This document shows positions 24,892 to 37,710 of a stretch of 64,000 bases of DNA, piece after piece. Source of the stretch: Ophelia neglecta (lineage: Eukaryota); the NCBI GenBank assembly GCA_965285935.1, contig OZ260663.1, positions 90,210,001 through 90,274,000 on the forward strand, given 5' to 3'. Below the pieces are notes generated by a model that ran no database searches, was not told where the DNA came from, and saw nothing but the letters and a program-made list of their open reading frames with translations. Numbering within the stretch: position 1 is the first letter of the stretch; each line of letters opens with the position of its first letter. Both the position numbers and the translations under genes were made by a program.

Positions 24892-27800
24892 AGTTATGAT
24901 ACAAAATAAACATTTCAGGCCTGACACGTCTCTTGCGAGAAAAACGGTGATGAATGACCGACAAAGAAACCAAAAGAAGCGGAATTAGTCAAAATATTCG
25001 TTTTGAATGCATCAATGACCTTCAGGATGAAGAATGAGTCAGTCAAAGATTAATATATATATATCTTAAATTCGGACTGACTTAAGGGGCGGTTTCTAAT
25101 TAATTTTCATAAAAGAACAATGATATATATGGTGTTTTTCTGACATACGTTTTTCGATTTGTTGTGTTTGTGGTCGATCTACCATGCGATAAATATATAT
25201 CTTCTTCCTATTTCAAAAGCTACTAGGCATTCTTATGATTTGTCTATCGGGTTGCACTTGATTTCCTTACCCACTTACTGAACTTATATTCCATATAGTA
25301 TATTTCCAACAAGAAACTTCACAAGACTGTAATACGAGTTCTAAAACTGAATTTAACCGTAGCTTTATAATATATATACGGTTTTCATTATTCCTTCAGC
25401 ACAATGATCTGTCTGACAGGCCACATGCACCTGCAACATTGCACCAGCACTCAAACTAATAAAACTTTATTTTCCTTTTTTCTCGCATATTTCTTTTTCG
25501 GATTCATATCATTGAATAGATTTAACTTGAGTTTTCATTTATTTTTAATCTCTCGCGTATCAATTTACTTTTTTTGTCATAATATCCAGGACAAATAAGG
25601 CCTAGGCTTCCTGTATTTTGCTATTTTTAACAAGTACTTTTCTGTTAGCTGCTTTGATTAATCATAATATGGTAGGCTTAAACATACTTATATTAATTTT
25701 GATCTATATTCAATAATATTCTTTAACGCGATTTGGTTATATAACCAGTATATTATCTGTTTGTTTCTTTGCTATCTATAGATCTTAATTTTGTATATTG
25801 TGTATGTTATATATATTGCTCTAGAAATGTACATATGTTATATGTTATATGATGATAATAAACTATAAACTGTAAACATGTGCACATTTAATTGGAAGAG
25901 TGCTACGAAGGGTTTACTATTAAGTGCCGTCATATTAAGGTACGTCGTAGGCTGTTTCAAGTGAAACAAAATGGACGTTTCTGGCGTATTTGTTTCAGAT
26001 TTACAAATGTAATCTTAGTAAAGCGCTATATGAGTGAAATAAATAATAATAATAATAATAATAAGTTAATGGGATGATGCTCTTGATCTCCAAATGAAGT
26101 CTTTTATTAATATATTGAAGTAGCAACCGATTAGTAAACACTTTGGGACATGACAAAAATGACAAATAAAGATTATAACCTCTATTGCATTTGTTGAATT
26201 GATATAGAACGATTTGATATACATTATATTTTTGCCCGGGAACCGAAACCACGAATATCTAAACTTAAGTAGGATTTATTATACCAAACTCCTCGAGACC
26301 TTTCACAATTTCTACCGATTTAGAATTTGCTTTGCCATTGCTAATATTCCCATATGTCTGTTTTTAACTCTTGGCATGCACATCACAGAACATGCATCGA
26401 TCTAGTTTCACATTGTACGCTGATTCCTCTAGTCTGTCCATATCTAGTAGAGCAAATCTAGTTTATCGACATGGCGCATATGGACGGCATGCTCGTTAAG
26501 TTATTAATGAGATGCACCGGAAACCTCTAGGGATAAACAAGAAATAGGTCATAAAACCAAACTTTGCGACCAACCGTCCCGCTCAGTTTGCATAGTTGCA
26601 GAGGTTGGTTAGGAACATAAGGTTAAACCACGATGTGTTTATCATATTCAATATTTCTTATAATAACCTTAACTGGAAAATAGACGTTTTCTTACTTAAT
26701 ACGCTTATTTTAACAGGCATTACATAAACCACCTGATAGATCATTTCCTCAGCTATACTTCATACAATCACTCTGTCAGTAGACAGTATTTCCTTCCTCG
26801 AAGGAAATGTATGATTAATCTACATTCAATGAATGTTTCGCTAATATTTGCACCAAATTGACAGATAAATGTGATACTTCTGCACGCTGTCCTCTATCAT
26901 TCATGTTTTCGACTAAATAGATAGATAGATTACGGAAGCAAAATAATTCCGTGTAAAATATCAAACATAGACCATTTCAGTTTTGACCGCAAGCCGCTGA
27001 ATATATCCCGCAAAGTTAAAATTCAATCCATTGCTGAATTATTTTTCAAGTATTTTAGGGAGGTCTGTTCCCAGATGATTCGAAGGCTGCTTTGATTACA
27101 CCGCCGATAATAATGGTTCTAGAGATACCTCCGATCATTTTAGACCCATATCCGCAATACCACGCATTGCAAGGTAAATGGGAAAAAACTGTCCTAAAAC
27201 AAATTAAAGCCTACTTGATAATTATGATTTCGGCACTCCTGGGCAATCTTATCAATATTCACTGCGTAGTTATTACAGATCTGCCAGATAAATTAGTTAG
27301 GAACTTGTGTTTTACAATCAAGCCTAATGCACTATTAGAAAATTTGTATCACTGTTGAATTTGGCATTTAGACTTATCCTACGAATAGAAAACAGGCCCT
27401 TTTCTTATGAGTGACGAGCTTTCATCTTTCTTGGAATAGATGTTAATGGTCGTCAGTGCTTGACGCTCGGGGAAATATAATTTTAACCATTTTTTACAAA
27501 CTCCTCGCGTCTATATCGCGTGTCAGTAATTTATTTGCGAACGGTTCAAAATTGTATACTATAGCTGCACCGTTTGACGAGGAGGAACATTCTCAACATA
27601 ATGTGTTTTTTATGGAAATCGTTTAATTGTTAAAGGGCATTGATTTGATGATTGCTTGATACAGTGACACGTGTTAGTCATATAACACAAATATTTGCTT
27701 TTAAGGCATGTGATAATTGTCCTCCAATAATTGTACCGTCTGGGGTAGTATATTACCTAGTCGATCGCATAGTCGGCATACAATTTGTGTACATATGTCA

Positions 27801-28526
27801 TTAAGTCAATGATGAAATTATGAAAAGGTTATTTCTCTATTTTAAATTCAATATGTCATGCTTTAATATTATTCGAAATGGCTGGCCACGACCCTTGTAG
27901 TACCACCACCTAGCACAGCGATATCAGCAAATCTATCCATCGTGCCAGATCCTCTACCCAATAAAAAGTCGGGTCAATAGCTTTGATATAGTCACCGTCA
28001 TCATTGAACAAAGGGTCTATCGATTCTGGCAGCCAGGTCATACTTTTCTATAAAAAATTCCTTCGTTCTGTTCTTCAAAAGATGAAGTGTGGCTTAGAAC
28101 AACTAAAGAAAATTATCAGAGAAATTAAAGTATAAATAGTTTAATAAAAATCTGTTAATGTTCACTAAATTATGATTATATAAATAAAGAAATGAAATAA
28201 CGTAAGCATGATATGATGTCATGTTATAGATGTTCATATGGTACAATCCGCTTCCTCGTGTTCCTCTAAAGGAAAAAGTATTAAACATCTCATCTAAGCA
28301 TAGGAAACAGACCATTTTTAATTTTGTACCTGTTCATATATAAGTGCAAAAATATGTGGTTTTTATTTTTATTCGTAATTTCCAAATATAATTTTCAATA
28401 GTGGACGATTAAACCCTTAATATATAGGCACACATAAAATACGATTTCATTCTGAGAAAAGGATTCTTTTTCAGATTATTTATTACACAAAGTATATATC
28501 ATGCCGAAGGTAAATGCTAACATTAA

Positions 28527-28888
28527 CTAGTCTTTATTTACAGTAGCATAGTGCTGATCTAAGAAGAATTTGATGGCAACTGCAAGGGTCAGTCCGTACT
28601 CAGTTCTTTCTGTGCTGTTGAAACGGACAAAATGTGGGGTTTCTATCTGAATGGCGTCGATTTTACCCCCGTCCCGTGAGCCATAGCGCTTGGTCATGTA
28701 CCCACCAGCAAAATATGACGCATTTCCGGGGCTAGGAGACTGTAAATAAGGTTAACATCATTGACATATTACCAATTTTATTTTCAATGAATCGTTAATG
28801 TTGATCATGGGGAGCCGAAATGACAGAAGTGAAAGGACAGCCTCATTAGTTGTCGCTTTAATGAAACATGCACATTATTCTTATCTTT

Positions 28889-28927
<39 letters not shown>

Positions 28928-30330
28928 AAAAGTCTTTATGTTAGCAATGTAAACATATATCAATAAACATGTACTGGGCATCTAAACACGATTTATTTAG
29001 CTTTCCAAGGCCACCTGTACTTGGGGCTACGCTGCAGGAACTGCTCTGCTATGTTACTATAGAGAGATAACCCTACCCTGACACAGTGCAGGACAGCTTA
29101 AAGCGTCTCAAGAGTACGATCGAGGTAAAGACAGGGCAGCGCCCGAAGCTCCGAATAGAGCAAACACTGGCAAATGTTATCAAGTATCCTTTGAAGGCCA
29201 TACTGGGAATCCTGGCACGAGACCCAGATACCAGATAATGGTATTTACAACTATTCCATATGGATTAGGTTTGACTTAGGTTTAATGTTTATAGATGGAA
29301 TGTTTCAGTTAGGTTAATGGCTTTACCCTGCCTCTGCCCTTGTCCTAACAGACTCGAACTTTTCTTTTCTAATCAGGGTATTGTTTAATTCCCTACATAT
29401 CTCGTACCAAGTTTTCCAGTCTGCCCTTACAAGTAAAGTGGAATGGTCGATATTGCAACTTGCCTCTGGGGAAGGAACTGCATCGTATCCAAAGTAGTTT
29501 AGGTAGTTTCCGATGCTTGTTGTCCCAATGATGAGCTCTTCCATCCCCATGCCGGACACCGAGTAGATGTTCCTCACGGAGGACACTTCACCGGAAAGGT
29601 TGCCAGAGATTAGGTCAGGCTTGGAGATCAGGTAGCCGAGTTCGGTCCACTGTGTCGGATGTTCATGACCATATATGTCAATAAAGAGTCCTTGTCCAGG
29701 TATGGTATTACGAGCTGTTTGTATGTACCCATGATACGCTTCCCAAGCCTCCTCCGCCTCGCGGACGCCAAAGGTCCCCTCGCCTTTCTCCCTGTTAGCG
29801 TCCATTTTAAGGCGGCGTAGATGGCATTTGACCACGTGAGGAGACTTCCCTGTCAAACGCTGTAACACTGCGCTGACTTTATCAGCCAACTGCAAGGTGA
29901 AACGGTTAGTGTACGTCTCCACAGAACACCTAAAACAGATTGGATCCGATATTAAAATTACTACATTTGGAAATATATGAAACTATGGAAAAGATATTGG
30001 CGACTTTTCAATTTAAACCCAGCAGAGTTCGCCTAATTCCATGCCAGTCAGTCTTCGATTTATTTCTTACCTTGATGTGTTTTTAGGTCCACACGTATGG
30101 GTGAAAATACACTGGCTCCCGTCCCAGCACCCTGAAGTTCTATCAGGTATATGGCTTGGACTAGCCGTACCTCCGTGTGGGACGGAGAGAATGACATTCA
30201 GGGTACCAGGCTGGTAGTGGACATAGGGAGAAGTGGTTGTTGCACTGACCCTGCCCTGAACCACAACGTGGAGGACGAAAAGGAAAACGAATAAAACCAT
30301 TCCTCTTATCATGATGATCGAAAGGTTCAT
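28527..30330 (-). CDS. Secreted N-formylglutamate amidohydrolase-like protein (3 coding exons: 30330-30071, 29929-29464, 28739-28527)
   Basis: Signal-like N-terminus; family motifs ILSVPHGG, HLRRLKMDANRE, AWEAYHGYI, LFIDIYGH, ELGY, AVPSP.SPSPG..YFAGGY.T.RYGS, IDAIQIE. Intron 1 is GT-AG phase 2; intron 2 is GAG|gcaagt...ttacag|TCT phase 0 (GC-AG). Stop TAG at 28529-28527. Confidence 0.85.
28891..28924. repeat. (AT)n microsatellite
   Basis: Perfect AT dinucleotide run inside intron 2 of the amidohydrolase gene. Confidence 0.95.
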
Positions 30331-32510
30331 GGTATGGGACTGCGAAATCTAAAGATAAAAAAAGTCTTATAAAATGTTCGTTAAACCAACGAAGAGTAAA
30401 CAAATTTACGTAGTTTATAACCTGATCAATGTCAACTTGTTTTCAGGAAATAAGGGGATGGATACCTGGCAGATAAAGGGATATCTTTAATAAAGAATAG
30501 ACAAGTCTATTAAATCGATCTGACTATATATGTAAGAGTTAAAGAAACTCTTGTTTGCGAGAAAAGCCGAATCTGTCCAAGTAGTGAAAAGAAATTACAT
30601 GTACACGCGTTAAATAGTCTCTGTGTGTACATTTTTCATTAAATAAGATACCAAAAAAAATCTATAACTGAATACTTGTAAGAAATGTAAGAATGGGCAA
30701 AATATTGCGTCATTGTGTTGACACAACCTAAATTCCGAGAGATAAGCCCACTTAAAGCATGGACGTTTACTTAACTCACCTAGATACTTTGCTTTCAAAT
30801 AAGCTGTAGTACAATTTCAAAACTGGTCACAGATATGTGCGAACTGCAGCTGGAAATGCAGTATCCGCCTCGGGTTCAACACGTAAACAGAGGTAAATCC
30901 GGACGTACGAATGGGATATCAAACAGCAGATTCTATGCGTGGGCCATCGGTTGACATGCATACATGAGACGAATGATATATCATTCAATTAAAATAGACA
31001 TATTGCTTTATGTGACTTTACTGGCAAAGCACTATTAATATTTATTGTGATACGGAAGTATGAATATGTATGACGACAATTCCGTATCGGGCCATAGGCA
31101 GTTATGAATCCGACGTCACAGGCATTGTTGCCAAGATAAGCAGTGTAATCCACAAATATTGCACTTTAAAATAAATATTTACCCTTAAATCACCGACTCA
31201 TATCTTTACGGCTGTGTGATAATTATAAATACGTTGTACATCTTCGAGGGGTTTCCAGTTTGCCCCTATTATCGCCCAGTGAAAATATACAATATTCAAA
31301 CGTAATGTCGGTCGGCAAGTCATCATCTTGTACAGCCAATGCTTTTCTCGATATTTTCATGACATATACCTACGGATTCGTCGTCTGGCCAATGAATAGA
31401 AGCAATTGCGAAGCTAACAAAATAGCTTTATTTTATCTCATCACTGATCATTAAATGCGATGCCATTTACGTGTGTCCAGCAAATTAAGTTGTATTAAGT
31501 TAATACATAGGAAAACGAATGCTAGCGACCATGAATGGAATTACTAATACCTAGTTGGCAATTTCTGCCAAACCTTATATTTGGTACGCCCATGATTTGA
31601 GATTGTTGATATCTGTAGACGACAGTCAGTGCTCGGTGAAGGTTATTGTACTGATAGAATCCCATAAGGTATTCAGCTAATTGCACATTAATATACTTTC
31701 AAAGTACCTTTGATGAAATATATATCTCATATTCAACGTATGTTGGTAACCTTAAACGCTTATCAACCAAACCAGACATTTAGTTGTTCATTTTTCATGT
31801 GGGTATATTTCATTTAAATCCAATTGGCTCTAATTTAAAATGAATCGCATATGAATGTTCTGCATAGAAAAGACGCAAGGGAAAATTTCAAGGTATTACT
31901 ACGAGCATTCAGTTTGAACTTTGAAGAACATACACTCAAATCACCATAAAAACTATGGTATGACATTTACCTGATCTGAAAAGTGTATGTATAACGAATA
32001 AAGTCATTACCATAAATGCACTATTTGAATGCTTTCACGTTGTTTTAATACAGTTATTTTATGCATTTATTACAATCGAAGGCATTTATGATAAACAAGG
32101 TCTGGGCGGTAAAGGTCAAATAAAATACTAAAGTTCAAACATTGTCCAAGATGGCAATGTGCTTCAATTTGTACTGTTAAATGCAAACTGTCAGTTTGAT
32201 TTTTAAAAATAAGCTCGATTTAGTTATGTCACATGCTCGTTGCAAACCGACCAAAAGCCCAAAACTGTGATATATCCCAATATTTAAAAAAAATGAATCA
32301 TTGGCTCAAATACAAAAGCAATTGCACTAATTTGCAAGTACATCAAGAACGGATATATTTATTTTACACCTGTCAATTACAAGGCATATTTTCTGGTGTA
32401 TTTGTTATTTAATAATATACCTGAATAAGAAAGAAATTTTCCTTTCTCAAATCTGTATAAGGCAAGCACCGGCATTGTACATGGTACCCTGTACCATAGC
32501 GAGATCTACC

Positions 32511-32956
32511 TCTACCGGACATGACCTGCTTCATGTGGCAAATAAATTCCTTCCTCTGATCCATTCCCTTAGCCATGCCATCAATACTTTATTCGTTGTC
32601 AGTTGGGAAGGACAGTACACAATAATGTTCCCTGCCAACGAAGCAAGACATGAAAAAATTCTACACAAATGGCAAAAACATGATTGAAACAGTCGTTTAT
32701 TGAAAGAGTCTTCGAACTTGTATCAGGAAGTAGAGCCACAATATAGTGATATTGCCGTGCGACGATTGCCCACAGTTTCGTGTTTGAGACCAGGCCGTGC
32801 ATTGCAATTGCCGCGGAGACGAATCTGTGTTCAACAATTGACCCTCTTCTCTCATAATAAGTGGCAAACACTCTTGAAGGTTTCACAATTTTGTTGTTTT
32901 ACGGATTGCGGCGAGAGCCTTTTAAATATTCAGGTATGTGACTATGTTGTCGACTG
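32511..32956 (+). pseudogene. Decayed fragment of a GRL101-like GPCR paralog (matches ~21421-21939)
   Basis: Translates as STGHDLLHVANKFLPLIHSLSHAINTLFVV...HKWQKHD* versus STGNELLNLTNKFLKHSLLPLIHSLSHAINALFVV...HKWRKHDC. Shows TGT>TGA, deletions and frameshifts, then LDLa remnants (CDYVVDC). Confidence 0.9.
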
Positions 32957-33436
32957 TATTGTTTCCAAAAATAATGTAAATCATCTTTAACTGAGCGAAA
33001 AGCTCACTGCAATGTCCTATATGCGCTTTATAAATGTTTGTTTGATCTTTTAAATTTATTTTTGATTGAGAAGATGGGACACCCAAACTTTCTTTAGCAC
33101 TTCAACTTCAACAAGTTCACATATTCATAAAACTGTTTTAGTCTGAAAAGAAGAATAATTTTTAGCCTTATAAAGAAAAAAATATTGGATGATTTAGATA
33201 CAAACTTGTGGTATATGTGTTCTATAAAGTATGAACTGGGGTTCAGATTCTACTTATTTTCAAAATTAAATTTGAGAGCCTCTGCAACACAGCCTGTCAA
33301 GTAAGGTAACCCCATGTGGCAAGAATAGTGTTCAGAAGTACTACATTCTAAGGTGGGTCAAAGATCCTATCCGTAGTTGGAAAACATGCAATTAATGTGG
33401 CAGCAAGTCTTATAAAGTCCTTGCCAGGTATCACCC

Positions 33437-33716
33437 GTCACTATCAGACGTACATTTCAATACGAAACATCACCAAATAAGCACGTAAGAAATGTGCCAA
33501 ATTCTGCCAATTTACGAATGGCAATAAAATAAGTAGACGACAAGATTGGTTTGAATTGCATAAATGAGACTCCGTTGTCACTATCAGACGTACATTTCAA
33601 TACGAAACATCACCAAATAAGCACGTAAGAAATGTGCCAAATTCTGCCAATTTACGAATGGCAATAAAATAAGTAGACGACAAGATTGGTTTGAATTGCA
33701 TAAATGAGACTCCGTT
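33437..33716. repeat. Perfect 140-bp tandem duplication
   Basis: 33437-33576 is identical to 33577-33716 (gtcactatcagacg...gagactccgtt). Confidence 0.95.
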
Positions 33717-33829
33717 TATATATACTAGCCTCCGAAGCGCACATTTATTTGTCTTTGTTTCAGAAGTTGTTATGACAAAAGGTACGTATGAGAGTAGAAA
33801 TCTTATAAGCGTCAGGTTCATGAGTGCTT

Positions 33830-34420
33830 AAATGGATGTGGACCTCCACACATTTGTAACATTATCAAAGTGGCCCCCCATTCACGGTAGTGGAACAAGT
33901 TAGTACATTATAAGTGTATTAAAAGCTTGTGCTAATTAGGGGCATAACAGTTTTGATTATATGGGGGCGAAGTTATGGAATACCCTACCAAGTAATATAA
34001 ACTTTAATGGACTACCCTTGGTCAATGATCTAGCTATGTTTGCCGGGTATCCATTACCGTTTTTTAGAAGTAGTATGGTTTAGGGCCGACTGTTAGAATT
34101 GTAAACTTGCAAGAATAGCTTGTCATAAGCCTTTTGTCTTGAAATGTGCTATTTACTACACGTTTATTTTGTCTGGGAATTAATGCTATTGTCATGGATC
34201 TGTCATATTCTACTGGTTTAGAGGGATATAGTGGAAATAAGTCTCTAATAATAATGACTTTTTATGTAGCCTTTTCAGTAATTGGTTAGATAATATAGTC
34301 CTATTAATTAAATTGTTAAGTATGGTTTGTTGTTGCTTTTATAACTTCATTTTTACATGTTTATTGTTTAATATCTGTCCTGAATATGGGTCAATTAATA
34401 AACATATTGAACATTATTAT
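33830..34420 (+). mobile_element. 3' remnant of an L2/CR1-group LINE
   Basis: ~33943-33999 translates as HNSFDYMGAKLWNTLPSNI, the typical SF.Y.G..LWN.LP ORF2 C-terminus, followed by T-rich UTR-like sequence ending near aataaa at ~34397. Boundaries approximate. Confidence 0.65.
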
Positions 34421-35899
34421 ACTGCAAACGAGCGTCAATCCCCCCCACCCCCCTTCCGCTCTACGTCATTGCTCATCTCTCAACAACTCCTCCTCGACCA
34501 GTGTGCCTGAATTATCTACGGTGTCAACATGGCCTTGCTCGAGTCTCTAAAATGCGAGAGAAACAGCTTTTTCATGATACTTCCTCCCCAGAGGTAAAAT
34601 TTGTTAGGAAAGTACATGACAGGCTCTCTCAGAGCAGTAGACTTGATAATGCTGTATGCACATTCCTTTGGATGATATATTGGGAAACCAGATGTGACAA
34701 AATGGCTACCACCAAGCAGATCCAATCCCCGTAAGAATCTTTCCAGAGCTTCAGTGTCTGCAAAAAAAATAACATTTTAGCGCTATTTCCTTTCGATTTT
34801 AAGACTACTGCTTTCAATTCGATTGGTCATTTTCTTAAATTTGAAAACACAATACCTATATATCCTATGACAGCCACTGTACTCGACACGTTCATATTTC
34901 TTGAATAAAACTCTACGTCCAAGGAACCATAAAATCCGTTCAAAGCAAATTTTGAGGCAGAGTACTCTTTAATTAAGATATTAGGCACTTCCCCTAAACC
35001 GAAAATAAGGCATTAATACAAATAAAAACCCAACCACACATATAAAAGCATATAAAATGAATGGTAAATTAAATTACATGCCTACATTAAGTTTGTATAC
35101 TACTATTTAGTAGCTTTGTAAATACTTGTCAACATTCCCATTAAATAAGATTATCGGCCTAAGTAGTTTTGTTATTCACTAGCTTATTATTGTATAATGC
35201 AAAACATTTTAAACGAAAAAACAGCACACGCGTAACATGTCTGATTTATTGCTTACCGTTGATGGAAGACACAACACCGATCCTCCCAGACGTTTCCAGA
35301 AGAAAAGGCATGGCTGTTTGTGTCATCTTGACAAAAGAGAAGAAGTTCACATCCATATTTTTCTGTAGAAACATAAACCCGTCCTCATCCATGGGATGAA
35401 ACATTGGGACGGGTTCAATAAGTGCATGGTTCAGTATTAAGTAATCGATACCTCCTAGTGCTTTGGCAGATTCCTAAATGAGACACGTTTTGTACATACG
35501 TCAAAAGACATGATCAGATCGATTGGAGTAAAGGTTTCGAAATTTGACTAAAAATATATACCTGCTTTTTTCCGCGTCCACTCAAGTCACCTGGAGTTAA
35601 TAATGTCAAAACCTTTTAAAACTAATGTTTTGTCCATAAAATTTATCAGTATTTCAATCTATTTTCGTATGCCTACCAATACAACATTGGCCGCTTGCTC
35701 CATATCCTCCATGTCAGCCCTGACATAACCAAATTTAGCACCTTGCCGGCCCCTTCCTTTACACTCCTCTATTACCTATAGGTGAGCAATATGGTTACTT
35801 GTGCATATATCCTTAAGGCCACGAATTAATGTTTTTTTGCATACATATATTTGAATAACCAGATAAATATGCATTTTAAATTTTACCAGCACTAAAACC

Positions 35900-37710
35900 A
35901 AGCTCGAATACAAATTAATATTACAAGTGCACCTAGGAATAGAAAACTGGAATGCTGTACTTGTAATTAATGATACTCAAATGGCATCCTGTCACTTTCA
36001 TCATATCTCGAGTAAAATGTACGAAAAGTGATATCGGGTGACATCTTTGCAATCTACGTATTAGAATCCTAAACCCTGGTTGGCCCTAGAGCCTAAAAGT
36101 TTAGACTGCACATGATAATAACCTTATTTTTTATAAAAGTAAAAACATTCTTTAGCACAAGAAATGTTTCAACCTGTATAAATACAAACTTAATACAGTC
36201 CTGGCTCAGGCAGAGAAGATTCATCACCAGTGTCTTATTGAATAGCAACTTGAAAAAATCATGGCAAATAATAAAAAGTGTCATTAACAAAAACAAGCAA
36301 AACTATAATAGTAGCATATTAATTGTTAATGGTAAACCAAATTGCGATAAATATGTTAAGCAAACATGCTTAATAAGTTCTTTGTAAATGTCAGTCCGAC
36401 CCCGCCAAAACAATTCAAACATATGTACGAATCACCGGCAAAATTTATGAAGCAGACTAGTATTTTTTTTGGAACCAGTAAAACTAGGAGAAATCCTTAC
36501 CATAACATTGCAGAAGTGCTATTTGGGACGACACTGATGCCAAGTATTTGAAATAAATTAGCAGCCAGTAGACATATTAAAACATTTTGTTCGTATCATA
36601 TTGTATCTCTCACTTAAGTAACATTCCCTATGGAGTCGAAGATTGCCAGTGTTGTGACTATATTAAAACTGGTGATGCCAAGTTATTTACTAACTGTAGA
36701 CCTGTGTCTGTTCTACCGGTGTTTTCAAAAAATATTTGAACGCATCATGTAATAGAGGTTGTTGTCTCTCATAAAGGCTAACAAAATAATCTCCTGTATG
36801 CTAATCAGCCCGGCCTCAGACAAGGGCCATTGTACAAATTTAGCCCTTATCATGCTTGTTGAAAAAATGCCTGATGCATTATACAGGAGCGACATAGGCT
36901 TGTTTCTTGTTCTTTTTAATTCCTTTTGACACAGTCGACCAATCCAGTTTTCGAAACTTTAAATCTATGGGGTTAGAGGGCGCTCCTATAACGGGTTTTA
37001 AGATACCAAGTCTCTAAGGAAAACTGTACGTTGATTTTCATAATGTGAGATCTCGGACTGAGTTAACCGGCTGTGGGGCACCCAAGGGATCAGTAGTAGG
37101 TTATTTAGTATTCCTACTCTATATCATTGATTTGTCCTTCTTTTCTGAAAAAAAGGTGTATCAACATATTGTTTTTTTATTAAATTTGTCTCGGGGAAAA
37201 CGTTTGACAATGTTATTTCTGTCATGCAAAAATAGATACATTGCTGCCTTGGCTAGAAGTCAGCACACGTACTTTAAGCAAAATGAAGACACATTTTTTC
37301 CATTTTCAAATCATTAGAATTATGTAATATTAACCAATGAACGTAGTATATAGGGTCAAACAATTGACAGAGAAAACACCACAATTTATCCGGGAATAAC
37401 AGTTAACGATACATTAGATATAAATAAAATGAGAGTAAAGGTTTCCCCTGGCCATGGCAGTTTGTGTCAATATACAATTTTAACATTAAAGTATTCTTTT
37501 ACCTACCTAGATCTACTCTATTTTAATAAATTTGGAGTAGAACATTTAATACTGTTTGCAATTGCAAATCTTGCAGAGCGTGTTGTGCGCATCGTCGCCG
37601 GGGCAAAAAAAATTGATTCACATTTCACCTCTGTTGGCGGAGTTTAATCTTTTGCCTTTAGAGCAATTATATATCTACTCCACGTTATACATGTACCGAT
37701 TTGTCTATAC
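35900..37710 (+). mobile_element. Heavily decayed L2/CR1-group LINE ORF2 (reverse transcriptase pseudogene)
   Basis: Ordered remnants across frameshifts: NLKKSWQIIKSVINKNK, NKFFVNV, NCRPVSVLPVFSK-IFERI, QGHCTNLALI, FDTVD, YGVRG, CGAPKGSVVG.LVFLLYIIDL, RVVRIVAGAK, HISPL. Confidence 0.85.

Noticed and set aside
27092-27358. ORF with IIMISALLGNLINI resembling GPCR TM1
   Set aside because: No TM2/TM3 motifs follow; compatible with chance in AT-rich DNA.
26968-28020. atagacc...ggtctat as possible ISL2EU-like termini
   Set aside because: The inverted match does not extend convincingly beyond ~7-10 bp.
33437-33716. CRISPR-like array (also the 21-bp units at 61478-61570)
   Set aside because: No unique spacers, eukaryotic context and no cas genes; these are a tandem duplication and TE subterminal repeats.
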